64,000 bases of DNA from a virus. The DNA is taken from the IMG/VR virus record IMGVR_UViG_3300012931_000015, positions 32,001 through 96,000 of that record, one strand, 5' to 3'. The notes below the pieces were generated by a model. That model had not been told where the DNA came from and ran no database searches. It was given only the letters and a program-made list of their open reading frames with translations. This document shows, one piece after another, positions 53,519 through 62,760 of the stretch (positions are counted from its first letter, which is position 1; each line of letters opens with the position of its first letter). The position numbers and the translations under genes are program-made.

Positions 53519-54451
53519 TTAATTAATTTTCAGTTTTCTTCCTTTTATAAATCCTAATGATATATAAGAATCAAAAGCATTTTTATTTATTGATAATGAT
53601 TTTTTTTCTTTATCGGAATATACCCAAATTTTTCCATAATTATTATTATTTTCTTTTTGTTGATGCCTTATCTTTTTAAATGTATCGTATACTTTTTTAT
53701 GGGGTCTGTGGATTTTTAAAAGTATTTTTTCGTTATCTTTTTTTATCTTACTATATTTTTTCATAATTTTAATTATCTTATGTATGTTTTCCAATTTTAG
53801 TATTTTATCATTTAATGCTTTTACTTCCGCTATTCTTTTAATATCATATTTTTCGATAAAATTTCTAGCTACTGAAATATATTTTTTTGTATCATTAAAT
53901 AATTGTTTCCAAGAAATTCTTAATATGTGCCATCCATTATTTTGTAAATACTCATCTTTTCTTTTATCTCTAATAATATGTTGAATATACCTGTGATGTT
54001 GAGCACCATCAATTTCTATAGCTAACATTTTATTTACCCATGCAAAATCTATATGATATTTGTGAACATGATAATTATATTCATAATTTTTATCTTCAAA
54101 TTCATTCTCTATCACTTTCATAAAAAATTGTTCAGGATATGAAGGTATTCCTTTCCAATGATTAAAACCAATATTTGAAGCTCGTCCTTCCTTATGAGCT
54201 TTTTTCATGCCATCTGAAACTTTTTTCTTAAAATATTTTGTAAAACATTCAGTATTTCCGCATGTTTTAGTATAATTTATATTATTTTTATTTATACAAT
54301 CTTTACCACAGATAGGACATTTGGGTATTATAAAATTATCATATTTAATTTTATATTCTAATAATTTAATATTATGTTTACTATATAGATGTCTACTAAG
54401 TGATTGCAAGTTATTATATTGTTTTATATTACAAATTTTACATACGCCCAT
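53519..54451 (-). mobile_element. Vsr/DUF559-like homing endonuclease with Zn fingers, inside the tRNA array
   Basis: CKIC..H..H and CPICG; SYPE...IDFA...IEIDG.QH...D..KD.YL...GW.ILRI.W. Confidence 0.8.
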
Positions 54452-54529
54452 ACATAATTTTTCTCCTTATAGTGAATGATAATAAATTAATTTTTATGAA
54501 TCATAGCTTCCTCACTATATAATATCATT

Positions 54530-54615
54530 CGGAAAACAGAGAACTCGAATCTCATACACTTATCATGTACAATCAGTTTAGCAAACTGTTTCTGCTCCTA
54601 GCAGATTTGTTTTCC
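54530..54615 (-). tRNA. tRNA-Ser(GCT)
   Basis: CAGT-TTGCTAA-ACTG; long variable arm; G73. Confidence 0.85.
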
Positions 54616-54617
54616 AT

Positions 54618-54689
54618 AGCCTTCAGTTTGGACTTGAACCAACACAAAATCCTTACAAGGGATTTATACTACCATTATATTATGAAGGC
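54618..54689 (-). tRNA. tRNA-Thr(TGT)
   Basis: AATCC-CTTGTAA-GGATT; acceptor GCCTTCA/TGAAGGC. Confidence 0.85.
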
Positions 54690-54696
54690 GTAAAAT

Positions 54697-54783
54697 CGGA
54701 AGATAGGTCTACTCGAAAGCCATGCTTTTTTCAGCACCTACCGATTTCAAGTCGGCGGTAGTACCCTGACTACTTTATCTTCC
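54697..54783 (-). tRNA. tRNA-Ser(TGA)
   Basis: GCCGA-CTTGAAA-TCGGT; long variable arm; G73. Confidence 0.85.
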
Positions 54784-54789
54784 CAAATG

Positions 54790-54863
54790 GGTGTCTATGG
54801 AGAATTGAACTCCAACTATCAGAGCCACAATCTGACGTGCGAACCTTTAACACTTTAGACACC
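54790..54863 (-). tRNA. tRNA-His(GTG)
   Basis: TCAGA-TTGTGGC-TCTGA; G-1:C73 pair. Confidence 0.9.
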
Positions 54864-54895
54864 ACACATAAAGTCAAAATGATATTTGACTATAT

Positions 54896-54967
54896 CGGAT
54901 TTACGGAGAATTGAACTCACGACTTCAGGTTAGACAGACCTGCATACTACCTTTATATTATAAATCC
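54896..54967 (-). tRNA. tRNA-Asp(GTC)
   Basis: CAGGT-CTGTCTA-ACCTG; G73. Confidence 0.85.
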
Positions 54968-54969
54968 AT

Positions 54970-55042
54970 TAGCGGATAGTAGATTTGCACTACTGACCTT
55001 CAGCTTATGAGGCTGTCGAGCTAACTACTGCTCCAATCCGCT
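54970..55042 (-). tRNA. tRNA-Met(CAT)
   Basis: CAGC-CTCATAA-GCTG; fMet-like D arm; T-loop TGCAAAT. Confidence 0.8.
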
Positions 55043-55047
55043 ATAAT

Positions 55048-55119
55048 AGCAATTAACCAGCAACGATCTGGTAATTTCAGCTTGGAAGGCTGATGTGTTG
55101 CCTATTACACTATACTTGC
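55048..55119 (-). tRNA. tRNA-Gly(TCC)
   Basis: TCAGC-CTTCCAA-GCTGA; U73; T-loop ATCGTTG. Confidence 0.8.
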
Positions 55120-55143
55120 AAAAAATGTTTTCAAAGATCGTAT

Positions 55144-55214
55144 CAGTGGTTGAAGGTACTGCCCCTTCGCTTTGCGTGCCAAAAACGCAGGTACTACTTT
55201 TATACTAAACCACT
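55144..55214 (-). tRNA. tRNA-Gln(TTG)
   Basis: TGCGT-TTTTGGC-ACGCA; A1-U72; G73; T-loop GGCAGTA. Confidence 0.8.
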
Positions 55215-55216
55215 CT

Positions 55217-55287
55217 TGGAGCTACTCAGAATTGAACTGAGATACTGAGCTTGAAAAGCTCATGTCCTGCCATTAGACGATAGCTCC
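55217..55287 (-). tRNA. tRNA-Glu(TTC)
   Basis: TGAGC-TTTTCAA-GCTCA; acceptor GGAGCTA/TAGCTCC. Confidence 0.9.
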
Positions 55288-55294
55288 ATAAAAT

Positions 55295-55337
55295 AAAAAA
55301 GGCTTCAACACAACTTATAATAAATTATGTTAAAGCC
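55295..55337 (-). terminator. Attenuator terminator immediately upstream of the tRNA array
   Basis: GGCTTTAACATAATTT-ATTAT-AAGTTGTGTTGAAGCC-TTTTTT (16 bp including three G-U pairs). Confidence 0.85.
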
Positions 55338-55378
55338 CATATTGAGTTAATATCTCAATAAACTTATTTTAACATAAT
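55324..55378 (-). promoter_or_regulatory. Antiterminator hairpin, mutually exclusive with the terminator
   Basis: ATTATGTTAAA (55378-55368, over the leader stop) pairs with TTTAACATAAT (55334-55324, terminator 5' arm); inner TATTGAG/CTCAATA hairpin. Confidence 0.75.
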
Positions 55379-55506
55379 ATATACCTTTCATAATCTGTTG
55401 ATTGTAATCCAGATAATAAAAAAGCAGACCCCTGATATTGGAGTTCACTATTACTTGGATTATTTTTATAATTGTGTTTTGGCATAGCCTTTAATAAATT
55501 TTTCAT
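55369..55506 (-). CDS. Leader peptide (45 aa) of the tRNA-array attenuator
   Basis: MKNLLKAMPKHNYKNNPSNSELQYQGSAFLLSGLQSTDYERYILC*; below the ORF-track cutoff. Confidence 0.7.
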   Translation of the reverse strand: MKNLLKAMPKHNYKNNPSNSELQYQGSAFLLSGLQSTDYERYILC

Positions 55507-55525
55507 AATCTTTTATTGTGTTTGT

Positions 55526-55554
55526 ATTATACACCTTTTATTTAATATTGTCAA
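55526..55554 (-). promoter_or_regulatory. Consensus sigma70 promoter for the leader and tRNA array
   Basis: TTGACA-17-TATAAT, with TACTAATA and AGTAAA-N5-TGTAAA just upstream. Confidence 0.85.
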
Positions 55555-55786
55555 TAGTATTAGTAAGTATTTTTACAATAAGTTTACTTTGTAATTTTAT
55601 AATTTTGTTACATCATTAAAGCTTACTGCTATCAAAATACCTGATATTAATCCTCCTATACCACCTATAAGCCAATATACCACAGGATGAATATTTGAAC
55701 CTGAAAGATTGAGAGCCAAGCCTATTAGACCACTTGTAATAATTATAAGAATTGCAAATATTAAGTATTTCATTGTTTAACTCCTT

Positions 55787-55984
55787 TTATTTTTTGTTTC
55801 TTTTTCTATAAGCCATAATACCACATAATATTTGAATTAAAAGAAATGTTATTTGTACTATAAAAAATATTAAATGATAATTGCTTGAAATAATGTTTAT
55901 TTTTTCTTCACTTATAAAACTTAACATGCCAAAACCAGCATTAAAAAACATAGCTATTAAACATATTATAAAATATTTTTTCAT
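55787..55984 (-). CDS. Small two-TM membrane protein
   Basis: Two hydrophobic segments and a basic tail. Confidence 0.55.
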   Translation of the reverse strand: MKKYFIICLIAMFFNAGFGMLSFISEEKINIISSNYHLIFFIVQITFLLIQILCGIMAYRKRNKK

Positions 55985-56232
55985 TTTTCATCCTTTAAAT
56001 TTATTAAAATATATTCTTTATCAGTTTTTATAATAATATCATACTTAAAACGATAGTTATCAAAATTTTTTTCAATTTCTTTTTCATTATCATCATCAAT
56101 TGTACTAAAAGGTCTAACTATTTTTATATTTTTTATTTTGCTATTTCCTTGCAATACATTTACACGAACAACATAAGATGAACAAGAAATAAACATAAAT
56201 AAAATTATAATTAAAACTAGTATTTTTTTCAT
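55981..56232 (-). CDS. Small lipoprotein
   Basis: True start probably MKKILVLIIILFMFIS-C after an AAGGAG RBS. Confidence 0.55.
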   Translation of the reverse strand: MKKILVLIIILFMFISCSSYVVRVNVLQGNSKIKNIKIVRPFSTIDDDNEKEIEKNFDNYRFKYDIIIKTDKEYILINLKDEK

Positions 56233-56851
56233 TTTAAATTGCTCTCCTTTTGTTTGTTTCAATATGTTCTTTTTTGTCATGTCTTTCAAACAAATAAAAA
56301 ATAATTGCAGCAATAACACATACTCCAAGAAAAATACAGAATCCCATTATTTTAGCACCTCCGCTTTTATTTTAAATAAACTTCCTCTTATTTTTTCAGT
56401 TTGGGATAGACTATCAACTTTTTCTAAAATGTCTTTGAAATCATAAAGTAGCAGTTCTTTTGCATTCATTACTCGTAACTCTTTCTCTGCTTCTGTTAGT
56501 TCTTGTGTCATAACTTTTACTCCTTATATTAAACTATAATTGAAAACTAATTTAACAAAAACTTGTATTGCTATTATAAATGCTATGCCCCAAATTGCAC
56601 CGAAGATTAAACTTATTCTTATATTTAATTTTTCTTTGTCTGTCATATTTTATTCCTCTAGTCAATATTAGATAGTTTATAAATTTTAATTTTATCTGCC
56701 TTATATAAATTTCTTAATTTTTCAATTAAGGTATTTTTTTCATCCACATTACCTTCAACCTCTGAATAAAAAGTTTTTTCACTAAAAGCAAGATGGTCAT
56801 CTTTATAAACTTCAAATAAACAATTAAATATCATAATATATTACTCTCCTT

Positions 56852-57457
56852 TTATTTATAAAGCTGGTCAATAACATTATCAGGATAATTCATATCTTCC
56901 AATAGCTGTTTAAAATATTCTATCTCATCCGGCGCATATTTTTTAACCAGCATAGTTATTTTTTTAATATCATCAATAGTTTTTAATAAATAAACAATAT
57001 CTTTATGATCCTTACTTCTTCCAGCTAATAATTTATTTATAATTAAATAATAAACATTAAATACTCTTATTGTATTTCCATGATAATTAAACTTTGTTGC
57101 AGATAATATACCCTTTAAAGATATAACATCATCAACAACAGCTATGTCGACATTCTGGTTATCTTTTTTATAAACTAGCCAGTACATATCTTGAAAATAA
57201 TGATTATCTTTTAATTCAAAACCGATTGATTCCAATTCTTTTTTTAAATTATTAACTTCAGCTTTTGATACCATAATATCAATATCGTCAGGTGAAATCT
57301 TGCGAGCATTTTTTGAATAGAAAGAAACAGCAAAGCCCCCGATAAAAGCATAATTATATTTCTGTAAAATTGTTAATAATTGTTTTATGAGTTCCGGTCT
57401 ATTTGTTGATTCAATTATATAGCTTAGTAATTGTTTATTTATTTCTGTAAATTTCAT
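56852..57457 (-). CDS. Pol-beta-superfamily nucleotidyltransferase
   Basis: FIGGFAV...DIDI...VDI...LI.NKL.AGR.KD..D. Confidence 0.75.
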   Translation of the reverse strand: MKFTEINKQLLSYIIESTNRPELIKQLLTILQKYNYAFIGGFAVSFYSKNARKISPDDIDIMVSKAEVNNLKKELESIGFELKDNHYFQDMYWLVYKKDNQNVDIAVVDDVISLKGILSATKFNYHGNTIRVFNVYYLIINKLLAGRSKDHKDIVYLLKTIDDIKKITMLVKKYAPDEIEYFKQLLEDMNYPDNVIDQLYK

Positions 57458-57465
57458 AATTTTAT

Positions 57466-58122
57466 TTATTCCTTAATAAGTTTATTATCGACTTCCCAAT
57501 TTATATCATTTGCCCAATCTGTTAATATTTCATTAAACTCTGTAATTTTACCCTCTATCTCATATAGCTTTTCTGATGTTTGTTGTTTTACTATTTCTGT
57601 TGCTTCGTTTTTTACTTGGTCGGTATATTGCTCATATAATAATTCAAAAAATTCTTTTGGATTACAATCGTATCCATCTATTTTTAATTCAATATTTATT
57701 TGTTTTCTTTGGGTTTTTCTTGTTTTACCAGCAATTTTTTCAGCGTATCCCCCTATACAATTTAAAAATACATGAGATAAAATTTCATTATCATTTAACA
57801 ATATTTCTGATAAACTATATTTCATGTATTTTTGGATAAGTTCTTTAAATATTCCATAACGACACTTTACAACCGAACAAGAACAATCTTCACAAATTAA
57901 CTTTAAAACATTCTGCGACTCATTTATCAACTCTTCCTTCTCGGCTTGCTGTTTATCCGAGTGTTGTTTTATGAGTTCAATTATTTTATCTATTTCAGCA
58001 ACAATAATTGCATTTATAAATTTCTCTGAAATATTTTTAAATTGAACATTTGTACTTGAATTTTTTAACTCTTGTTTATAATCTTCAATCTCTTTTATAA
58101 TTTTCTCCATAATTATCTCCAT
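57466..58122 (-). CDS. Hypothetical protein
   Basis: 218 aa acidic ORF. Confidence 0.55.
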   Translation of the reverse strand: MEIIMEKIIKEIEDYKQELKNSSTNVQFKNISEKFINAIIVAEIDKIIELIKQHSDKQQAEKEELINESQNVLKLICEDCSCSVVKCRYGIFKELIQKYMKYSLSEILLNDNEILSHVFLNCIGGYAEKIAGKTRKTQRKQINIELKIDGYDCNPKEFFELLYEQYTDQVKNEATEIVKQQTSEKLYEIEGKITEFNEILTDWANDINWEVDNKLIKE

Positions 58123-58391
58123 GTTATATTTTTTAAAACGGCGTATATTGTGGCTTGCGAAACATTAAACATTTTTGCTAGTTTTCTTGAACTAATTGTA
58201 TCTTTATTTTCTCTTATAAATTTTACTTCTTTATCTTTTAACTTACTGTTAGAATGTTGCTCTCCTTTTTTTCTTAATCCTATATCATAAGCATGTTTTA
58301 AGTTTTCGCCTTGAGTAACCCATTCAAGATTAGAGACATTGTTATTTAAAGGATTACCGTCAATATGATTAACTCCGAGTTTTCCTATTCC
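58113..58391 (-). pseudogene. Truncated HNH homing endonuclease remnant
   Basis: [28 protein letters not shown]...HTH; in-frame TAA immediately upstream and no start codon. Confidence 0.75.
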
Positions 58392-58758
58392 TTAGTCTAT
58401 CTTTTTCATTTTTATCGAGAGCATCCCATTGATTATATTTATCAGCAAAATTGTTCCAAGCTTCTTTTGCCTGCTTTTCTGTTAATTTATTTTTACTCAT
58501 TTTTACCTCAATTTACAATTATTGTATTTTTGTCGGACTAATATGACTCTACTTTATTTTTGTTATCCGGTTTAACAGTTTTTGCATCCTGTTCAAACTC
58601 ATTTAAAAAGTACCCAAACATCAATGTTTTCTCATAAGGTGTCATAGCATTTACTTGATTAAGTGTCAACATAAGCTAACTCCTTAAAAATAAATTTTAC
58701 TTTGATATTATAATATTTTTTAGTAATTGTAAAATAGTTTTACATTTTTATTACACAG

Positions 58759-59793
58759 CTATTCAACGACCAGTCCAGTATCAATAACATAATCTAAAGC
58801 ATTTTTATCAATTTCAATTATAGTAGTAAAATTAGATTGTTCTGATCTAGTATAGCAAATATAATATTTTTCACCTAGTTTAAAATAGCAAGCATAAAAT
58901 TCAGCACTTTCATAAATAGGTTGTGTTTTTATTGTTGTCTTTTCAGTATGCAGTATGATAGAACCTCTAGGTAATACTTGAACAAAATAATTTTCAATTG
59001 GTGATAGTGTTGTCTTGGTTTTAACGGGCGAACTACAAGGTATCGATGCGGTAAATATTGCTAAAGCTAATATCATGAGTATCGCGACAATGCTTAATAT
59101 TAATTTAAATGGTGGCATAATTTACTCCTTTATACTTCTTCTTCTATAGGTTCTTCAGCTATATATTCTCCGACTGCTTTTCTAGTTCCGTCTTTGTAAA
59201 ATCTAATTTCAAGATTTTCAACTTCACCATAACTATCGGCATACCTTTCTGATATATCTGCGAGTTTATCTTGAAGCTCTTGAATATTCTCTTCTGTTAA
59301 AGTTAGAATTACTGGATTTTTTGTTTTGCTCATTTTATTCCTTATTTTAGTTTATCTAAATTACATTTTTTCATAAGTATTAAAATTGCTCTGTTTTCAT
59401 CAGCATAACCTTCAGAACATGAGTCTGCTGTTATATCAGATAATATACATTTAATTATTTTTGTTCTTCCAAAATCTTTTGATTCAGTATTTGAATAAAA
59501 TCTACAGCCTTCGTTACATTTCAATGTTATATCCTTTTTTAATATTTCAACATATAGCTATAAAGCCAGCCATTAACTTCTGTTTCTGGTACTTGCTTAC
59601 AAAGTTTTGCTTCAACCATTGCTTCTTGTCTATTGTAGAATTTATTCTTATCGTCTATAAAACCATAGTTTTTTTCTTTGTCTTCAAACAAATCATATCT
59701 GTCATTGTAATATAACATATTAATAATACTTTGGTGATTGACTCCAGTTCTTATTTCATTATTTTTTAACTTAATTGCAGGGCATTTTATCAT
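58759..59793 (-). CDS. Four hypothetical genes (58759-59118 membrane-anchored, 59130-59333, 59342-59524, 59539-59793)
   Basis: ORFs with AAGGA/GAGG RBSs. Confidence 0.55.
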
Positions 59794-59909
59794 ATTATTA
59801 AACCTCTAATTTAAAAAAGATATTTCAATAAACTGTTTTTACATTGAATCCAATCATTACTATCTCTTGTTTTTCCTTTAAATTCATAAGTTCTCATAGT
59901 ATAAACTCC

Positions 59910-60164
59910 TTAACCATCAATATCTATTTCAGTATTATCAGAAATCATCATGGCAAAATTAGCAACATCGGCGCATTCTCTTTGTATATGAGAAATAGTG
60001 TAGTTATTTTTTATAGCTTCTTTTAATTCTAATATCTCTTGATCTAGCAATAGTAGCAGTTGAGTATTAGACAAAGTTCTCCAGTGAGGCTTCCGTAAGT
60101 TTTCATGTAGTTTTCCATCCATAATTTTTACAAACGTTTTTAATTCTTTTTTATACTTTGCCAT
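59910..60164 (-). CDS. All-alpha NTP pyrophosphohydrolase-like protein
   Basis: E..EL.EA...ECADVANFAMMI. Confidence 0.6.
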   Translation of the reverse strand: MAKYKKELKTFVKIMDGKLHENLRKPHWRTLSNTQLLLLLDQEILELKEAIKNNYTISHIQRECADVANFAMMISDNTEIDIDG

Positions 60165-60174
60165 AATTTAATCC

Positions 60175-61211
60175 TTAATTAAATTTATCTTCATAAGACT
60201 TAATAGCTACATCAGTTCCCCAGATATAATACCCATCATTTTCTAGTTCTTCTCTTTTAGGTGGATTACTTATTGTTTTTGCTTGAGCTGAAAAATCAAA
60301 TTTTAACAAATCTAAATATTTGCCTTTCCATAATTTCCTTAATTCTCCAACATATCCAACCGGAGACATTATAATCTTGATTGTTCTTTCTTCAATTTTC
60401 AAACCACTATCATCACATCCGATGTCTTCTCCATAAATAAGACTAACCGAGTAATGTCCTAGCTGTTTGATTTTTTCTAGTTTGTTTATCATTTTTAACT
60501 CCTTACAATTAAATTTCCTCTTCAATAGGTTCTTCTGCTATCATAATATTTTATTAAATTTTGTAATAATTCTTCATCTTTTTTAAAATAATCACCTTCT
60601 TTTAAATTTTCTTTTATATTACAATATGGGTAAATATTATATCCATTCATTATAAACTCTTTCACCTGTTCATCAGTAGAAGGAGGCATAAAAGATATAG
60701 AAAATATTTTATGATCTTTATCTGTTATTATACACATTTATTTATCCCTTCTATTCACTTTTAGAAATAAATTGTATATTTTTTAATTTTTTAAAGAACA
60801 TTGAAGTTTCACCTATAGAACCAACACTCATAAAATCTAAATTTGTTTTTATTTCTTTTTCTGCATTTTTAAACCATTTTTTATCAAAAGGTTTATCATT
60901 TTCAATTTCATATTCACAACTAATAATTACTTTAGCTTTCATTATTCTCCACCTTGTTCCTTATATTCTTTTTTTGTTATCCTATCACAACTTTCATAAG
61001 TAATATGCCCACCATAAAGATTTCTTTTTGCTTCTTTTAAAGCTTCTTCTTTACTATTTGCTTTTACAACAAAATCTTCTGTGTCTATATATTCAATATA
61101 AACTTGGTAGTATTTTGTTTTATTTTTTATAGTCTTTGCTGGCTTTATCTCTCCTTCGCGAAGTATTCTTCCTTTTGGTGCTTTTGGGGTTTTTGATTTT
61201 TTATTAATCAT
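60175..61211 (-). CDS. Four small hypothetical genes (about 60175-60492, 60522-60737, 60751-60942, 60942-61211)
   Basis: Consecutive ORFs with RBSs. Confidence 0.5.
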
Positions 61212-61727
61212 ATTTTTTCCTTTTATTCTAAAAGCTTATCCTTAATATTATTAAGAGATATATTTTCTTCTTTGATATATTGAAGAATTAAAACATTTTT
61301 CTCATTTTGAATTTCTTTACATAGAAGGGATATAAGAAAATTATTTTTATTTATTTCTTTGTCTATTTGGGTTTTGGTTATCAACATCTTTTGCCCCTTT
61401 ATTTTAGCATAAATTGATTTTCACAAGTACAATTAAAAGTATAACCATTAAATATTCTATAATACCCATAGCCCATACAAATTAACCACTCTACCTCTGA
61501 TAAAACAATTAACTCTTTAATTATAGGCAATCGTTTTCTAACTAAATAATGTGTCATTTGAATTTTTTCTGCTTCAGAAAGCTGTGTATTTATTAATTCA
61601 GTTATAATTTTTTTGGGCTTTTTTGTTGAAGATATTTTATCTAAAAGTTTATTAAATTCTCGTTTGTTTAACAGGGGGTAATCCTTTATCTTTTATCAAG
61701 CTATAATACCAAATTTATAGCAGAATG

Positions 61728-62387
61728 TCAACTATTATTTACATTTATTTTAATAAAATTTACAATATTTTCATAATTAACATCTTCAACTTTATCAACT
61801 TCTAATAACCAACCCCCCGAATTCTTAGCTGATTGAATACCATTAAAGTTATCTTCAAGTATAAGACATTCATCCGGTTTTAAATTAAGTTGTTTCATAG
61901 CTAATTGATAACAGTAAGGATCAGGTTTTGGTTTGCTTTTACCTTCTGTCATAAAATCTTCATTACCCAGAATAAAAGTCATATAATCATAAATACCAAT
62001 CACTTTTAATATTTTTTCTATTGTATCTCGAATGCTGTTACTCACACACGCTAAAATAAAGCCATTAGCAATCAAATTACAACACATAGATATTTTAATA
62101 GGGTCTAGTTGAAAATCATCAATCGCAAGCATTGTGTATTGTTGTTTCAATTCCCATATTTTTTCTTTATCGGATTCTTTAAGTAATCCTCTATTTTCAA
62201 GTATTTGTAGTTTTGTATTTGTAGTTTTTCCATCATAGTATTTCAGGTGGGTATCATAAGGTATTTCATAATCTATTACAGTTTTAAGAGCTTGGTTTAA
62301 ACATCTATAATGTTGATCTTTTAAATCAACAAGTGTACCATCGAGATCGAAAAATATTGCTTTAATTTTATAATTAGAAGATAAAAT
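61728..62387 (-). CDS. HAD-family sugar phosphatase (longer than the ORF-track call; apparent ATT start)
   Basis: Frame continues upstream to IKAIFFDLDGTLVD; SNS, KP.P and EDN..G motifs present. Confidence 0.75.
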   Translation of the reverse strand: MLSSNYKIKAIFFDLDGTLVDLKDQHYRCLNQALKTVIDYEIPYDTHLKYYDGKTTNTKLQILENRGLLKESDKEKIWELKQQYTMLAIDDFQLDPIKISMCCNLIANGFILACVSNSIRDTIEKILKVIGIYDYMTFILGNEDFMTEGKSKPKPDPYCYQLAMKQLNLKPDECLILEDNFNGIQSAKNSGGWLLEVDKVEDVNYENIVNFIKINVNNS

Positions 62388-62479
62388 GATGATAACCTTA
62401 GCATTACTTTTTTAAACTTATCTTTCATCATTTATCTTTCTTTGTTATTAGTATTTATAAAATTAAACTTTTAAATTGT

Positions 62480-62758
62480 TTATTTATCATCCTCTTTGAA
62501 ATAATAGCTTGTCTTATTATTTGAGTATAAACATATATAGTAAAATTCATGCTCTGTATTAAAAGAAGCTCTTATAGTATGAGGTAATCCTGTAATAGAT
62601 AATTTTTTTACAATTTTATCAATAAATATCTTTATTCTTTTTTCAATAGTTTCATCATCAAAATTCATTGGAAATTTAAGCCTAACTTTAAAATCAGGTG
62701 TTATCGTCAATCTTATATTATTTATATCTTTTTTAAAACATTCTAATGTATAATTCAT
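62480..62758 (-). CDS. Hypothetical protein
   Basis: ORF immediately downstream of the ligase. Confidence 0.5.
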   Translation of the reverse strand: MNYTLECFKKDINNIRLTITPDFKVRLKFPMNFDDETIEKRIKIFIDKIVKKLSITGLPHTIRASFNTEHEFYYICLYSNNKTSYYFKEDDK

Positions 62759-62760
62759 AT

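Noticed and set aside
55217-55287. Possible opal/Sec tRNA (TCA)
   Set aside because: The loop TTTTCAA gives anticodon TTC, and the body is Glu-like.
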